Positions 1 through 11,162 of a stretch of DNA of 64,000 nt are shown here, in pieces. Position numbers and translations under genes: made by a program. Below the pieces are notes generated by a model. It was not told the origin of the DNA. It saw only the letters and a list, made by a program, of their open reading frames with translations, and searched no databases. Within the stretch, counting starts at the first letter, position 1; each line of letters opens with the position of its first letter. Origin of the DNA: Octopus vulgaris (taxonomy: Eukaryota); assembly GCA_951406725.2 (NCBI GenBank), contig OX597824.1, forward strand, positions 4,464,001 through 4,528,000, given 5' to 3'.

Positions 1-4
1 GAAA

Positions 5-7
<3 letters not shown>

Positions 8-73
<66 letters not shown>

Positions 74-78
74 GAGAG
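8..78. repeat. (GA)n microsatellite
   Basis: Near-perfect GA dinucleotide run read directly. Confidence 0.97.
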
Positions 79-919
79 TGATGGACTGACAGACAGACAG
101 AAAGACAGTATAGAAACAAAGAACTGGAAATATTGGAATGGCAATGAAAGTGGGGTGTATTCAGCCTGTGTGGGGGATGTCCTGCCCCCACCCCCCACCC
201 CACCCCCATCTACTTGCCCTGGCCTCAGAATTCTTTGCAAAGCTGGCAAAAAATTATAATCAGTAAGTTTGACACATAGCCATATACAAGACGGACAGAC
301 AGACATTTCGTGAGACACAGGCAGACAGACGAACAGCCTTTAACACTAAACTGTTGATTCCAAATGAGTCCCGCCATAGTTGATCTAGATAAATTTCTAA
401 TCAGTTTGTATCGATCTAGACGTATATCTATATATCTATCTCCTCAGACAGCCGTCTCGCACTCCTTCTCTTTCTACCTCTCTCTCTCTCTCTCACTACT
501 CCTCACTCTCTCTCTCTCTCCCTCTCTTTTTTGGTCTCTATGTAACTCTCAATCTATCTATCGTTTTATCAATCTACCTCTCTGTCAGTCTCCCTATCAA
601 TCAATTTTTTTATGCGTCTGTTTATCAATCAATCTATACCTCTCTCACTCTCTCTGTATATATATATATATATATATATATAATGTGCATGCATATACAC
701 ATATATGCAGGCATATTCGAATCTGCCAGGACATATTAAGAGTAAATATGCAGATCATTGTTTTAGATCTCACTGTACACAGTGCAAATAATGATCACAC
801 ACACACACACACACATACATGCATATATGTCTGTGTGTGTATCTGTGTGTGTGTGTGCATGCATGCATGCATGTATGAGTGTATATATATATATGTGTGT
901 GTATATATATATATAGATA

Positions 920-1101
920 CTTTATTTAAAGCAGCAGAAAATTCAACAAAACCAGTTACTCTGAGTTTCGCGTTGCCGTTCATCTCAGAGTAACAGCTTT
1001 TGTTGAATTTTCTGCTGCTTTAAATAAAGCATATTACTCTACCACTGGTATTTGAGTACTCTTTTTTCCACCTTGTTTCACATTTATGTGTTTACTCCGG
1101 T
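920..1101. mobile_element. Foldback element in a (TA)n context with a truncated hammerhead-like motif (Penelope-like pLTR relic)
   Basis: 46-bp inverted arms at 920-965 and 984-1029 with 2 mismatches and an 18-nt loop. The minus strand reads GATGAACGGCAACGCGAAACTCAGAGTA. TA repeats flank both sides. Confidence 0.6.
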
Positions 1102-1107
1102 ATATAT

Positions 1108-1145
<38 letters not shown>

Positions 1146-1160
1146 TCCCCCCTATATATA

Positions 1161-1576
1161 TAGGTGCAGGTATAATTGTGTAGTAAGAAGCTTGTTTTCC
1201 AACCACATGGTTCTGGGTTCAGTCCTACTGTGTGTCACCTCAGGCAATTGTCTTCTATTATAGCCTTGGGCCGGCCAAAGCCTTGAGAGTGAATTTGGTT
1301 GATGGAAACTGAAAGAGGCCTATCATATATAAATGTGTATATATCTTTATGTGTGTGTCTTTGAGATTGTGTTCATTCATACACCACTGTCCAACAACCA
1401 GGGTTGATGGGTTTACGTCTCTGTAACTTAGTGGTTTGGCAAAAGAGACTGATAGAGTAAGTACCAGATTTTTAAAAAATAAGTACTGGGGTTGATACAT
1501 CCAGCAAAAAATTCTATAAGGGGGTGCTCCAGAATGGCAGCAGTCTAATGACTGAAACAAGCAAAAGATAAAAGAT
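1161..1576 (+). mobile_element. tRNA-headed SINE family 1, near full length
   Basis: Head with A/B-box-like TGTGTAGTAAG...GGTTCAGTCC, an internal TG/TA tract and tail GACTGAAACAAG-AAAAGA. Homologous to 4121-4508 and many other copies in the window. Confidence 0.88.
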
Positions 1577-1765
1577 ATGCATATATGTATAAATTTACGT
1601 ATACGTGTTTATGTGCATTTGTGTGTGTGTATATATATATGTATATATATACACACACACACACATACATATATGCATATTACATATACATATATCTATA
1701 TACACACATATCTAACAATTATATATATATAACATGCACACATATATATACTCACACACACATAC

Positions 1766-1818
<53 letters not shown>

Positions 1819-2063
1819 CACACACATGCATGGATATGTATGTGAATTTTAATATAAATGCATTTACATTTATATATTTTCATTCAAACATGCAGACATG
1901 AACTTTTCTGGATGTGTGTGTGTGTGTACATATATTTTATATGTGTGTGTATATATATTTTATATTTTATATTTTTTATATTTTTTAATTAATTTTATTT
2001 CTATGTATTGGCTTATGTTTTTCACTGTTTGATTTGCCTAATAGTGGTTTTATCTCTAATTTA

Positions 2064-2113
<50 letters not shown>

Positions 2114-2117
2114 TATA

Positions 2118-2470
2118 TTCTTTTATTTGTTTTAGTCATTTGACTGTGGCCATGCTGGAGCACCGCCTTTCATCAAACAAATCAACCCCAGGACTTATTC
2201 TTTGTAAGCCTAGCATTTATTTTATCAGTCTCTTTTGCTGAACCACTAAGTTACAAGGATATAAACACACTGGCATCAGTTGTCAAGTGATATTGGGAGG
2301 ACAAACACACACACATGTACGATGGGCTTCTTTCAGTTTCCATCAACCAAATCCACTCACAAGGCTTTGGTCGGCCAAAGGCTATAGTAGAACACACTTG
2401 CCTGCCCAAGGTGCCACGAACGATGTAGTTGATAAGCAAGCTACTTACCACACAGCCACCCCTGCAGCTA
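2118..2470 (-). mobile_element. SINE family 1 copy with an internally deleted head
   Basis: Reverse complement of 4121-4508 (GTCATTTGACTGTGGCCATGCTGGAGCACCGCC...CCACTCACAAGGCTTTGG). Confidence 0.88.
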
Positions 2471-2917
2471 TATATATATATATATATATGTACACACATA
2501 CACACACACACATATATATATATATACACACACACATACACATGTACGCACACATCTCTCCTTCCTTGACTGACTGTCAGTATTTTTTCTACCCCTATTT
2601 ATTGCTCCTTTCCCATCCCATTTCTCTCACACCTGCTCGTATTCATTCTTTATAATGTTGGATAATGCTAAGCTCCCCTTACACAACTTACTCAGTTACC
2701 TTTCCTCTCTCTCTCTCCCAGATTTTCTCTGTCACTAACTTCTTTCTTCTTCCCTCTTCACTGTCATTCTCTTCCCTGCCTCTCAATTACCATCCTTCAT
2801 TTCCCCACCCAGAAACGTTGCCCCTTTCTCCTCTACTCCCACTCAGCTACAACAGTCACTTTAGGCCCTAAGCCCTGCAATCTTCGCTTGTGTTTGTACC
2901 ATATAAAATCCCCCAGG

Positions 2918-3055
2918 ACACTTTGTAAAGTGGCTGATGTTAGGAAGGGTATCCAGCTGTAGAGACCCTGTTAAAGTGGACACTGGAACATGACACTGTT
3001 AAACAACCCAACCAATGCCAACATGGAGGCCTGACACTTAAAGATGAAGATGATG
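2918..3055 (+). mobile_element. Degenerate RTE LINE 3' tail
   Basis: GTTAGGAAGGGTATCCAGCTGTAG motif and a GAT-rich terminus shared with the RTE end at 5095-5250. Confidence 0.65.
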
Positions 3056-3291
3056 TATAACATATATATATATATGTACACGTATACATTGACACATACA
3101 TTGCATATAGTTTTCATGGATAAAGCAGAGGAAGTATGTCTATTCGTTTCTTATTTTTAATTCTGCAGCAAGTTACTCAAGGCCAGAGGATTTCATGAAT
3201 GTCAATTATTGAACTTTGATAAACACACTGTACGAAACTCTGGGACCTTGAGTCACTTCCTTACATTATATATGTGTGTATGCATGTATGC

Positions 3292-3328
<37 letters not shown>

Positions 3329-3332
<4 letters not shown>

Positions 3333-3435
3333 CTGAGCCTGGTGCTGCCTCCTGGCTTCTCAGTCCTCAGTCAAACCGTCCAACCAATGCCAGCATGGAA
3401 AGCGGATGTTAAACGACAATGATGACGATGATGAT
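3329..3435 (+). mobile_element. Short RTE LINE 3' tail
   Basis: CCGTCCAACC...GCATGGAAAGCGGATGTTAAACGA followed by (GAT)n. Confidence 0.75.
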
Positions 3436-3993
3436 ACAGAGAGTGAAAGACAGACAGAAAGACAGGCAGGTAGATAGATAGATAGATATAGATAGAGATT
3501 CACAAACACATCCATGCATTAGAGATATATATTATATATGTAATATATATATATATACATTTGATATATCTTATATATATATTATACATGCACACACACC
3601 TGCATTAATATATATAATAATAATAAGGATTATTACGAGGTATTACATTTAATTCCTTTTTATTTATAAATACGTGCATTTGTGTGTGTGTGTGTTTATT
3701 ATTCTGAAACAAGGATGTTGTTGACAGTGACTTTGAAGATAGCTTAACTGGTCAAAACTTCGAAGTCCCTGACAAGAGCATCCTTGTTCAAGAATAATCT
3801 GTGCTCTACAAAAGTATAGAGTGACCCATCAGTTCATTGTAAAATTGTTTGCATTACAACTCAACATAAGAACAAACATTAATATGTGTGTGTGTGTGTG
3901 TGTGTGTGTATCAATAACAATAATAATAAGGGTTATAATGAAGTGGCATAGCATTACCTTTCATTCCTTTTTATACATTTACAGCTTCAAATA

Positions 3994-4071
3994 GACCTAC
4001 ACATGTTTCTACTGCATCTATTAGCAACCGTTGCAACTGCAACCCTACTGGTTAAGTTTCTTCAGGGTTTC
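3994..4071 (-). ncRNA. Candidate type I hammerhead ribozyme in a (TA)n-inserted element
   Basis: The minus strand reads aaacc-CTGAAGA-aact...agta-GAAAC-ATGT-GTA-ggtc. Both catalytic boxes and the NUH site are present, stem III is palindromic, and there is a short acc/ggt stem I. The stem II closing pair is non-canonical. Confidence 0.5.
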
Positions 4072-4120
4072 ATAATATATATAATATATATATATATTAT
4101 ATATATATAATGAATATATA

Positions 4121-4506
4121 GGTGCAGGAGTGGCTGTGTGGTAAGTAGGTTGTTTACCAACCACATGGTTCCGGGTTCAGTCCCACTGCGTGGCATCTTG
4201 GGCTAGTGTCTTCTGCTATAGCCTCGGGCCGACCAAAGCCTTGTGAGTGGATTTGGTAGACGGAAACTGAAAGAAGCCCGTCGTGTATATGTATATATAT
4301 ATATGTGTGTGTGTCTGTGTCTGTCCCCCTACCATTGCTTGACAACCGATGCTGGTGTGTTTATGTCCCCGTTACTTAGCGGTTCGCAAAAGAGACCGAT
4401 AGAATAAGTACTGGGCTTACAAAAGAATAAGTCCTGGGGTCGAGTTGCTCGATTAAAGGTGGTGCTCCAGCATGGCCGCAGTCAAATGACTGAAACAAGC
4501 AAAAGA

Positions 4507-4508
<2 letters not shown>
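4121..4508 (+). mobile_element. tRNA-headed SINE family 1, full-length and CpG-rich (young)
   Basis: GGAGTGGCTGTGTGGTAAG (A-box-like), GGTTCAGTCCC (B-box-like) and a CORE-like CTTGGGCTAGTG. Inserted between TA tracts. Confidence 0.92.
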
Positions 4509-4538
<30 letters not shown>

Positions 4539-4543
<5 letters not shown>

Positions 4544-5250
4544 AATATGTGCTGTAACTGCTGAGGACATCCGTAGGCTTCAAAGAAATGAAGCTAGCAT
4601 GCTCCGCTGGATGCGTAATGTCAGTGTGCATACATGACAGGGTGTACGTGCCCTGAGAGAAAAGTTGGACATAAGAAGCATCAAATGTGGTGTGCATGAG
4701 AGACAACTGGGCTCGTATGGTCATGTGATGTGTATGGATGAGGACAGCTGTGTGAAAAAGTGTTACACCCTAACAGTGAAGAGAACCTGTGGAAGAGGTA
4801 GACTGAGGAAGACATGGGGTGAGGTGGTGTAGCATGACCTTCAAACGTTGGACCTCACAGAGCCAATGACAAGTGACCAAAACATTTGGAGGTATGCCAT
4901 GTTTGAGAAGACCTGGTCAGCCAAGTGAGACCGTACCCATGACTGATACCAGTGTTGCATAACTGACTCATTTTAAAAAAAGCATCCTTCAATTGTAGGG
5001 CAATATGCACATAAAATGCACCATTCGAGCGTGGCTGATGCCAGTGCTGCTGAGCTGGCGGCAATGCCAATAGCACACAACAGCAGGCACTATATTCTCA
5101 GAGTGGTTGGCATTAGGAAGGACATCCAGCTGTAGAAATATTGTCAAATCAGATTGGAGCCTGGTGCAGCCTCCCAGCCAGCCAGTTCTTAGTCAAACTG
5201 TCAAACCCATACCAGTATGGAAAGCAGATGTTAAATGACTACAACGATGA
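4539..5250 (+). mobile_element. 5'-truncated RTE-clade LINE (ORF C-terminus plus 3' UTR)
   Basis: Translates EDIRRLQRNEASMLRWM...LREKLDIRSIKCGVHERQL..YGHV..MDEDSCVKKC..GRGR.RKTW with stops. It continues into the GGTTGGCATTAGGAAGG tail ending in GAT repeats. Confidence 0.9.
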
Positions 5251-5259
5251 TATATATAT

Positions 5260-5260
<1 letters not shown>

Positions 5261-5292
<32 letters not shown>

Positions 5293-5548
5293 GTTTAACG
5301 TCCGCTTTCCATGCTAGCATGGGTTGGACGGTTCAACTGGGGTCTGGCAAGCCCGAAGGCTGCACCAGGCCAGTCAGATCTGGCAGTGTTTCTACAGCTG
5401 GATGCCCTTCCTAACGCCAACCACTCCGAGAGTGTAGTGGGTGCTTTTTATGTGCCACCGACACAAGTGCCAGATGAGGCTGGCAAACGGCCACGCTCGG
5501 ATGGTGGTTTTTATGTGCCACCGACACAGGTGCCAGACGAGGCTGGCA
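5261..5548 (-). mobile_element. RTE LINE 3' tail with an internal ~63-bp duplication
   Basis: (CAT)n then CGTTTAACGTCCGCTTTCCATGCTAGC. The block GTGCCACCGACAC..GTGCCAGA.GAGGCTGGCA occurs twice. Confidence 0.88.
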
Positions 5549-5658
5549 GATAATACATATAATATATATGTATTATATATATGTGATATATATACATATA
5601 TAATATATATATATATTTATATATGTATATATATATATATATACATACACATATACAC

Positions 5659-5823
5659 AATGGGCTTTCTCCAGTTTCCATCTGCCAAATCCACTTACAA
5701 GGCTTAGTCAACTTGGTATTATAGTAGAAGACACTTGCCCAAGGTGCCCCACAGTGGAACTGAACCTGAGACCACATGGATAGGAAAGAAGCTTCTTAAC
5801 CACACTTCTGCCCCTGTGCCTAT
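5659..5823 (-). mobile_element. SINE family 1, 5' half
   Basis: Reverse complement of the head region 4121-4280. Confidence 0.82.
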
Positions 5824-5871
5824 GTGTGTGTGCGTGTGTATGCATTAATGTATGTATCCATACATTATGAA

Positions 5872-6158
5872 TAGATCAAGCTGAAACTGTCACTAGAAGC
5901 TAGGATCACCAAGCATAGATTGACATATTTTGGTCATTATGCAGAGAAAATCCCTGGAGAAGGACATCATGCTGGGAATGGTCAGTGGCAAGAGAGGAAG
6001 AGGCTGACCAAGAACCTGCTGGCTTGACACCATCAAGAGTGACACGGGAATAGCCATAGCCAATCTGAAAGAAGCAACCTAGGATAGAACTGGCTGGAGG
6101 ACACTGATCCATCGAGTAACTGAGAGTCGACTTCGACTGAGTGGATAGATAGATAGAT
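5872..6158 (+). mobile_element. BovB-like RTE LINE 3' end
   Basis: Translates SLEARITKHRLTYFGH / SLEKDIMLGMVSGKRGRG*PRTCWLDTIK...DRTGWRTLIHRVTESRLRLSG*, matching the BovB-type C-terminal pattern. A (GATA)n tail follows the stop directly. Confidence 0.85.
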
Positions 6159-6885
6159 GTATCCATTACATATATAGATAGATATATTATATATATGCAT
6201 ACACACGAACATACTGCATGTCACCAGTCAAAATTGTACTTTTTCATATCCTTTGTCAGGTGCAGTATGCTGAGACCACTTTTGACTCCCTCATCCCAAA
6301 TCTGCCATTGTCTCCCTCTCATGCAAATGCATTGTTCTTCAGTGCTCTGAACTTGCTAATGCAGCTGTCATCCTCCATTCCTGACACGTGGTTTGCCAGT
6401 AGAACATTCTGCATCACATCAGGCCTCTCTTCTCATCCATCTTATTTCAGGAAAAATAACAAAGCTGTTCACCCCATAGTGTACGTTCTTTTGTCCAGCA
6501 AGCAGCACAACACATATAAAGATTTTTTTTAAAATCTAATTTGAGACCCATTTCAATTCCCTGTGATTTCAAACAAAATGCACACAATGCTATAAAGGAG
6601 TCATTCTTTAGTTTTCAAGTAAAAATAAGTTTTTTCTTTTTTTTTTCCGTTTAGCCCAAAATATGCAAAACTATCTGCCTAGATTAGGATTTATTTATAT
6701 GCACGTGCTGATGCAGATATTGCAGTGGAAGCAAAAACGGTTATGCCCTTGCCATTGTATCTTTATGCAAGATTGACAAATATCTGAACACACTCTCTCC
6801 ATCTTTCTCTTTATGTGTGTGTGTGTTCATGCGGATATGGAGAGGGGGCTTGTTTGTCCAACTGTGTTCATTTTAATAAAATTTG

Positions 6886-6888
<3 letters not shown>

Positions 6889-6938
<50 letters not shown>
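6889..6938. repeat. (CT)n microsatellite
   Basis: Direct read. Confidence 0.95.
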
Positions 6939-6941
<3 letters not shown>

Positions 6942-7316
6942 AGCAATAAAGGTACTATCCAGCACCCACAGTCACAGTTAGTAACGACTGAATGTTTTCT
7001 TTTTGGTTTTTTATTGCATATAGCTGCCCATGTTATTTTGCAACTTTCACATTAGCATTTCGCTAACTCAACCATAAATCTATGTGGTAAATGTATACAC
7101 TGACAGTCTGGATTTAGCTAAGCCATTCAGTGATGGGGTAGTCACTGCTGACGACTCTGCAATTTATAGACAAAACTAGTCTAGTACAGTGATTCTAGCT
7201 TTACTTATGTGCTTATGGGGCACTATATGAAAATGGGCTTCCTTGCAGTTCTAAGGGTTTTCTAACAATATAGGAACTACCAGGCACCCTCAGTCACAAT
7301 TAGTGATGATAGAATA

Positions 7317-7356
<40 letters not shown>

Positions 7357-7357
<1 letters not shown>

Positions 7358-7502
7358 CATATTTTAAAGAAGCCATAGGCCAACAGGTCTTAGGGTCTGA
7401 AACCCAGGGTAACCCTATAAACTGGCCTTCACCAGTAATAAATATAGACTTCTTAGAGTGCACTTCTTCTCCAGATTTATGTTTTTCTGAAAAAAAGACG
7501 AT
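7357..7502 (+). mobile_element. Short (TA)n-inserted element with a degenerate hammerhead-like motif
   Basis: TTAAAGA-agccataggcc-aaca-ggtcttagggtct-GAAAC-CCAGG-GTA, then AATAAA. TA tracts on both sides. Confidence 0.4.
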
Positions 7503-7530
7503 CTATATACATATATATATATATATATAT

Positions 7531-7850
7531 ATCATCATCATCATCGTTTAACGTCCGTCTTCCATGCTAGCATGGGTTGGACAGTTCAACTGGGGTCTGG
7601 GAAGCCAGAAGGCTGCACCAGGCTCCAGTCTGATCTGGCAGTGTTTCTACAGCTGGATGCTCTTCCTAACGCCAACCACTCTGTGAGTGTAGTGGGTGCT
7701 TTTTACATGCCACCGGCACAGTGGCCAGAGGAGGCTGGCAAACGGCCATGACTGGTTGGTGCTTTTAAGTGTCACCAACACAGACGCCAATCAGGCGGTG
7801 CTAGCAACTGCCACATTCGGTTGGTGCTTTTAATGTGTCACCAACACGGA
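7531..7850 (-). mobile_element. RTE LINE 3' tail
   Basis: (CAT)n-CGTTTAACGTCCG...CTGGATGCTCTTCCTAACGCCAACCACTC. Confidence 0.88.
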
Positions 7851-8253
7851 ATATATATATATATATACATATATATGTTTACATACCTGTGTATACACAT
7901 GTATGCCATACTTCAGCACCAAATCCTCTGGCACCAAAAAAAACCATTGCCAAAACAGGAATTGTGTCCAAACAACAGTGCCAAATTGCAGACACTGAAA
8001 CAGCTGTACTCATTTGTCCAGTTTCACAGCCAAGTTGGTACGTGTAAAAGCACACACTCTACAAAGTTAAGGATTTGATTCATTGCATCTTGAGTTTTCC
8101 ACTCAATACTTACAAACAGGCAATGGTAACAAATATACTTTACATTAGAAATTGCTTATAGAATTTTTGATTTCACTGAAGTTAGGATGAAAATAATTTT
8201 TAAACAAACAACTTTAATGGGGATTTTTTATTTTCTTATTTCTTATTTTTCAG

Positions 8254-8969
8254 ATGGCCAGCGGCTTGACTGTCCAGGAGCAAGTGTAGAATTCCATTGT
8301 TTTGGTTCCGAGATGGCAGCACGCATGGAAAGGTAAAAATGCAACACTACGCCCAGAGAAATAAAATGTTTTTATACAAAGCTGATGACCATGGGTTATG
8401 TAAACGATGCAAGAAGTGGCTGTCCAACCACATCTCGGTCAGCAGAGAACGTGGCAACAGTGCACAAAATGTTTAATCACAGCCCACAAAAATCAATGTG
8501 TCAAGCAGCTCGCAAAAGAGGACTAACAAGACACACAATATATATGGTGTTGCCTAAAGAATTGAATTTTCATCCAGGGAAACCCCATTATGTGCAGGAG
8601 CTAAAACCTGAAGACTGTGACTGCAGATGTCCTGACGTCCAGAACTCCAAGAATTCCAGATCTCACTCCAGGTGATTTTTACCTGTGGGATTACGCAAAA
8701 GAGGTGGTGTAGAAGACACTTGGAGACATGGATTCAGGAGGTTCTCAATGACATTCCCAGACAACATCCTTCACAAGTTGGTTCATTCCATCCCTGGCTG
8801 TTTGAGGAAACTGGTTGACACCACCAGTGCTTATGTTGAAATATGAAGATTTACTTTCATTTTCCCATGTAATAAAGAACATGTATCATTTTATTTCAAT
8901 AAATTTGTAAAAGGAATATGGATTTTAGTACCAATTTTTAATGCCTATTTACTTTTCACCCACCCTGTA
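8254..8969 (+). mobile_element. Tc1/mariner-superfamily (rosa/maT-like) transposase relic, internally deleted
   Basis: ORF 8385-8675 gives an HTH-region pattern GYVNDARSGCP...SPQKS...ELNFHPGKPHYVQEL. A shifted frame gives PRIPDLTPGDFYLWDYAKEVV (SPDLTPxDFxLWG motif). The right end CACCCTG+TA is TIR/TSD-like; no left TIR was found. Confidence 0.8.
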
Positions 8970-10304
8970 GAGTAATACATATATATAATTCCATATATCC
9001 TATATATCTTTAATACTGCATGTTCATGTATATTTAATATTATATGAATAGAAAATTGAACGGTTGAATGGATTGTTTGCAGAATATGTTTTCCCTCTCC
9101 ACTATTCTGGCTTTTGTCTCTCCAACTTTTGAAAAAGTTAGTACCGGTAATGCATAATGCTCAAATTATTTGATGTGGTGGTATAAATAAAAAAGAGATC
9201 TTCAGTGAAAACAAATGAGTTGCCAATGATGGAGGGTACGTACATATGGCAAAGAAAGCGTATGAAAGAATGGTGAGGTTTATACCTGAGCAAAAATACT
9301 AAAGCCTCACATATGAATTAACACAGGATAGAGATATGTTGTCGCTCTGACCCTTGCTGGCAGAGAGAAATACATATTTAATTTAAACAGTGATGATGAT
9401 GATGATGGTGGTGGTGGTGTTGGTGGCAGCAGCAGTGATGGCAGCAGCTGTGGTTGTGGCAGTGATAACCTACCTGGCTTTCCATCATAATGCCAGCACC
9501 ACTGGCCTATATCTATTTATGTTGCTGGTTGGACTAGGAAATTCTTCTTTCTATCATAGTCGGATATGTTTTTGTTTTTTCTTCATACATGTATGTATCC
9601 TTTAATGCATGATGCATGCATGCATATGTGCACATGCATTTGTCCCAGTGTGAGAGTACAGGGATACGAATGAAAGGTCAAATCTAGTTGTGTGTGTGTG
9701 TGTGTGTGTGTTTCTTTCTGTGCTTGTGTTCGGCAGACATACATAAAATCAGTGACATTGCTATGTATGTGTTTGGATTTATAAGTGTGGCTGTGGCTGA
9801 GTCTGTGAATGGATGTGAGGGAGAGCTTTGTGTTAATGCATGTGTGTGTTTACATGTAGGAGTAGATGTAAGAGCTGAAGCTTAAGTTTACATGTGCATG
9901 GATATGATATATGTTTCACTATAGGTTTGTCAGTTTGTACTTCTTACTATATTTATGTTGATATGTGCATGTGTGGTTATATGTATGTATGAACTATATA
10001 TGGATAGCTGTTAGTTTATAAGTTTCTATATATTTCTGTGTATCTGTGTGCACTTTCCATTGTGTGTTTAGATTTCTGAGCATGTACACATACAAAAGTA
10101 TTAGAGTTTATATCTTTGCATGTATAAGAGTGTTGGTTGATATCTCGGGACATGTGAATAAATGTTTGCATATAGATTTTCATGTATGCATGTTTGCGTA
10201 TGTATATATATATATATATGTGGATATCTATGAATTTGTATGCATATGTTTATATTTCTATGTATAGGATTGCATGTATGTGTAGGTTGATTTATGTATA
10301 TCTA

Positions 10305-10370
<66 letters not shown>

Positions 10371-10375
10371 TATAC

Positions 10376-10665
10376 GGGTACAGGACGACACCAATGGTGT
10401 GAATAACATGAAATACATAAACAAACAAGTTAAATATGTAAACAACAAGGAAAAAATTGAAAACAGGACAAGTAAACACAGAAAAAGGACCCTTCATCAG
10501 TTTTCAGCTGTCTATCTACTCCTCATTTCGAGCACTCAATGACAATATGAGTCTTCAAAGACAGTTGCTCCAATAAATTCTAAAATAAAATTTAGGATTT
10601 ATGGAGGGTCAAAGTTGGGAACAAAAACATGACAGTAGAGACATACAAGGTAACCTAACAAAAGC
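10376..10665 (-). mobile_element. (TA)n-inserted element with hammerhead-like boxes
   Basis: The minus strand reads ctgtct-TTGAAGA-ctca...tgag-tgctc-GAAA-tgaggagTA-gatagacag, followed by a second CTGATGA. TA tracts on both sides. Confidence 0.35.
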
Positions 10666-10948
10666 TATATATATATATATATATATACACATTCATTATA
10701 CTACTACATGTAAATGCCTCATGCTGTAAGGGACTCTTAAAATCAAAACTACTTTAATAAATATACTCTGTACTCAAAGCGGGGAAAGTAACTTGGAAGT
10801 CGTCTTTTAAAAACAGATTTAGTTGCAAATCATGTATGATTTCATAGTCAGTGTACATAACACCCTCTCTACTCATCAGTGCAGACATAATCAGAATACA
10901 TAAAAATGAACACATGTACATACCAGGCGAATTTACATATATATATAT

Positions 10949-11162
10949 AGGGAGAGTTTACAAAAATCAAAGACAGGTGGTTTACAAAACAAACAGATGT
11001 ATTAGTATAATGCTCAGGAATAGAAAAAGTCTTTTACGTTTCGAGCCTACGCTCTTCTACAGGAAGGGACACAGAAAAAACAAGGAGAGAAAAAAAAGGA
11101 AAGAAAAAAAGGAGAGAAAAAACAAGGAGAGAAAAAAAATGTGTGTAGTGGCTAACGATCTG
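10949..11162 (-). mobile_element. (TA)n-inserted repeat with a hammerhead-like motif (3 copies in window)
   Basis: Homologous to 30665-30840 (+) and 14339-14405 (truncated). The minus strand reads GAAGAGCGTAGGCTCGAAACGTAAAAGAC. Confidence 0.65.

Noticed and set aside
364-993. 209-aa ORF and the many YI/HT/CV/SL-rich ORFs in the track
   Set aside because: They are translations of TA, CA, TG and CT microsatellites, which lack stop codons. There is no protein-like content.
4121-4195. tRNA-like A/B boxes (also 41800-41872)
   Set aside because: They continue into multi-copy SINE bodies and I cannot form a complete cloverleaf, so these are SINE heads rather than tRNA genes.
9390-9605. Hydrophobic ORF resembling a signal or transmembrane peptide
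   Set aside because: It derives from GAT/GGT/GCA triplet repeats.
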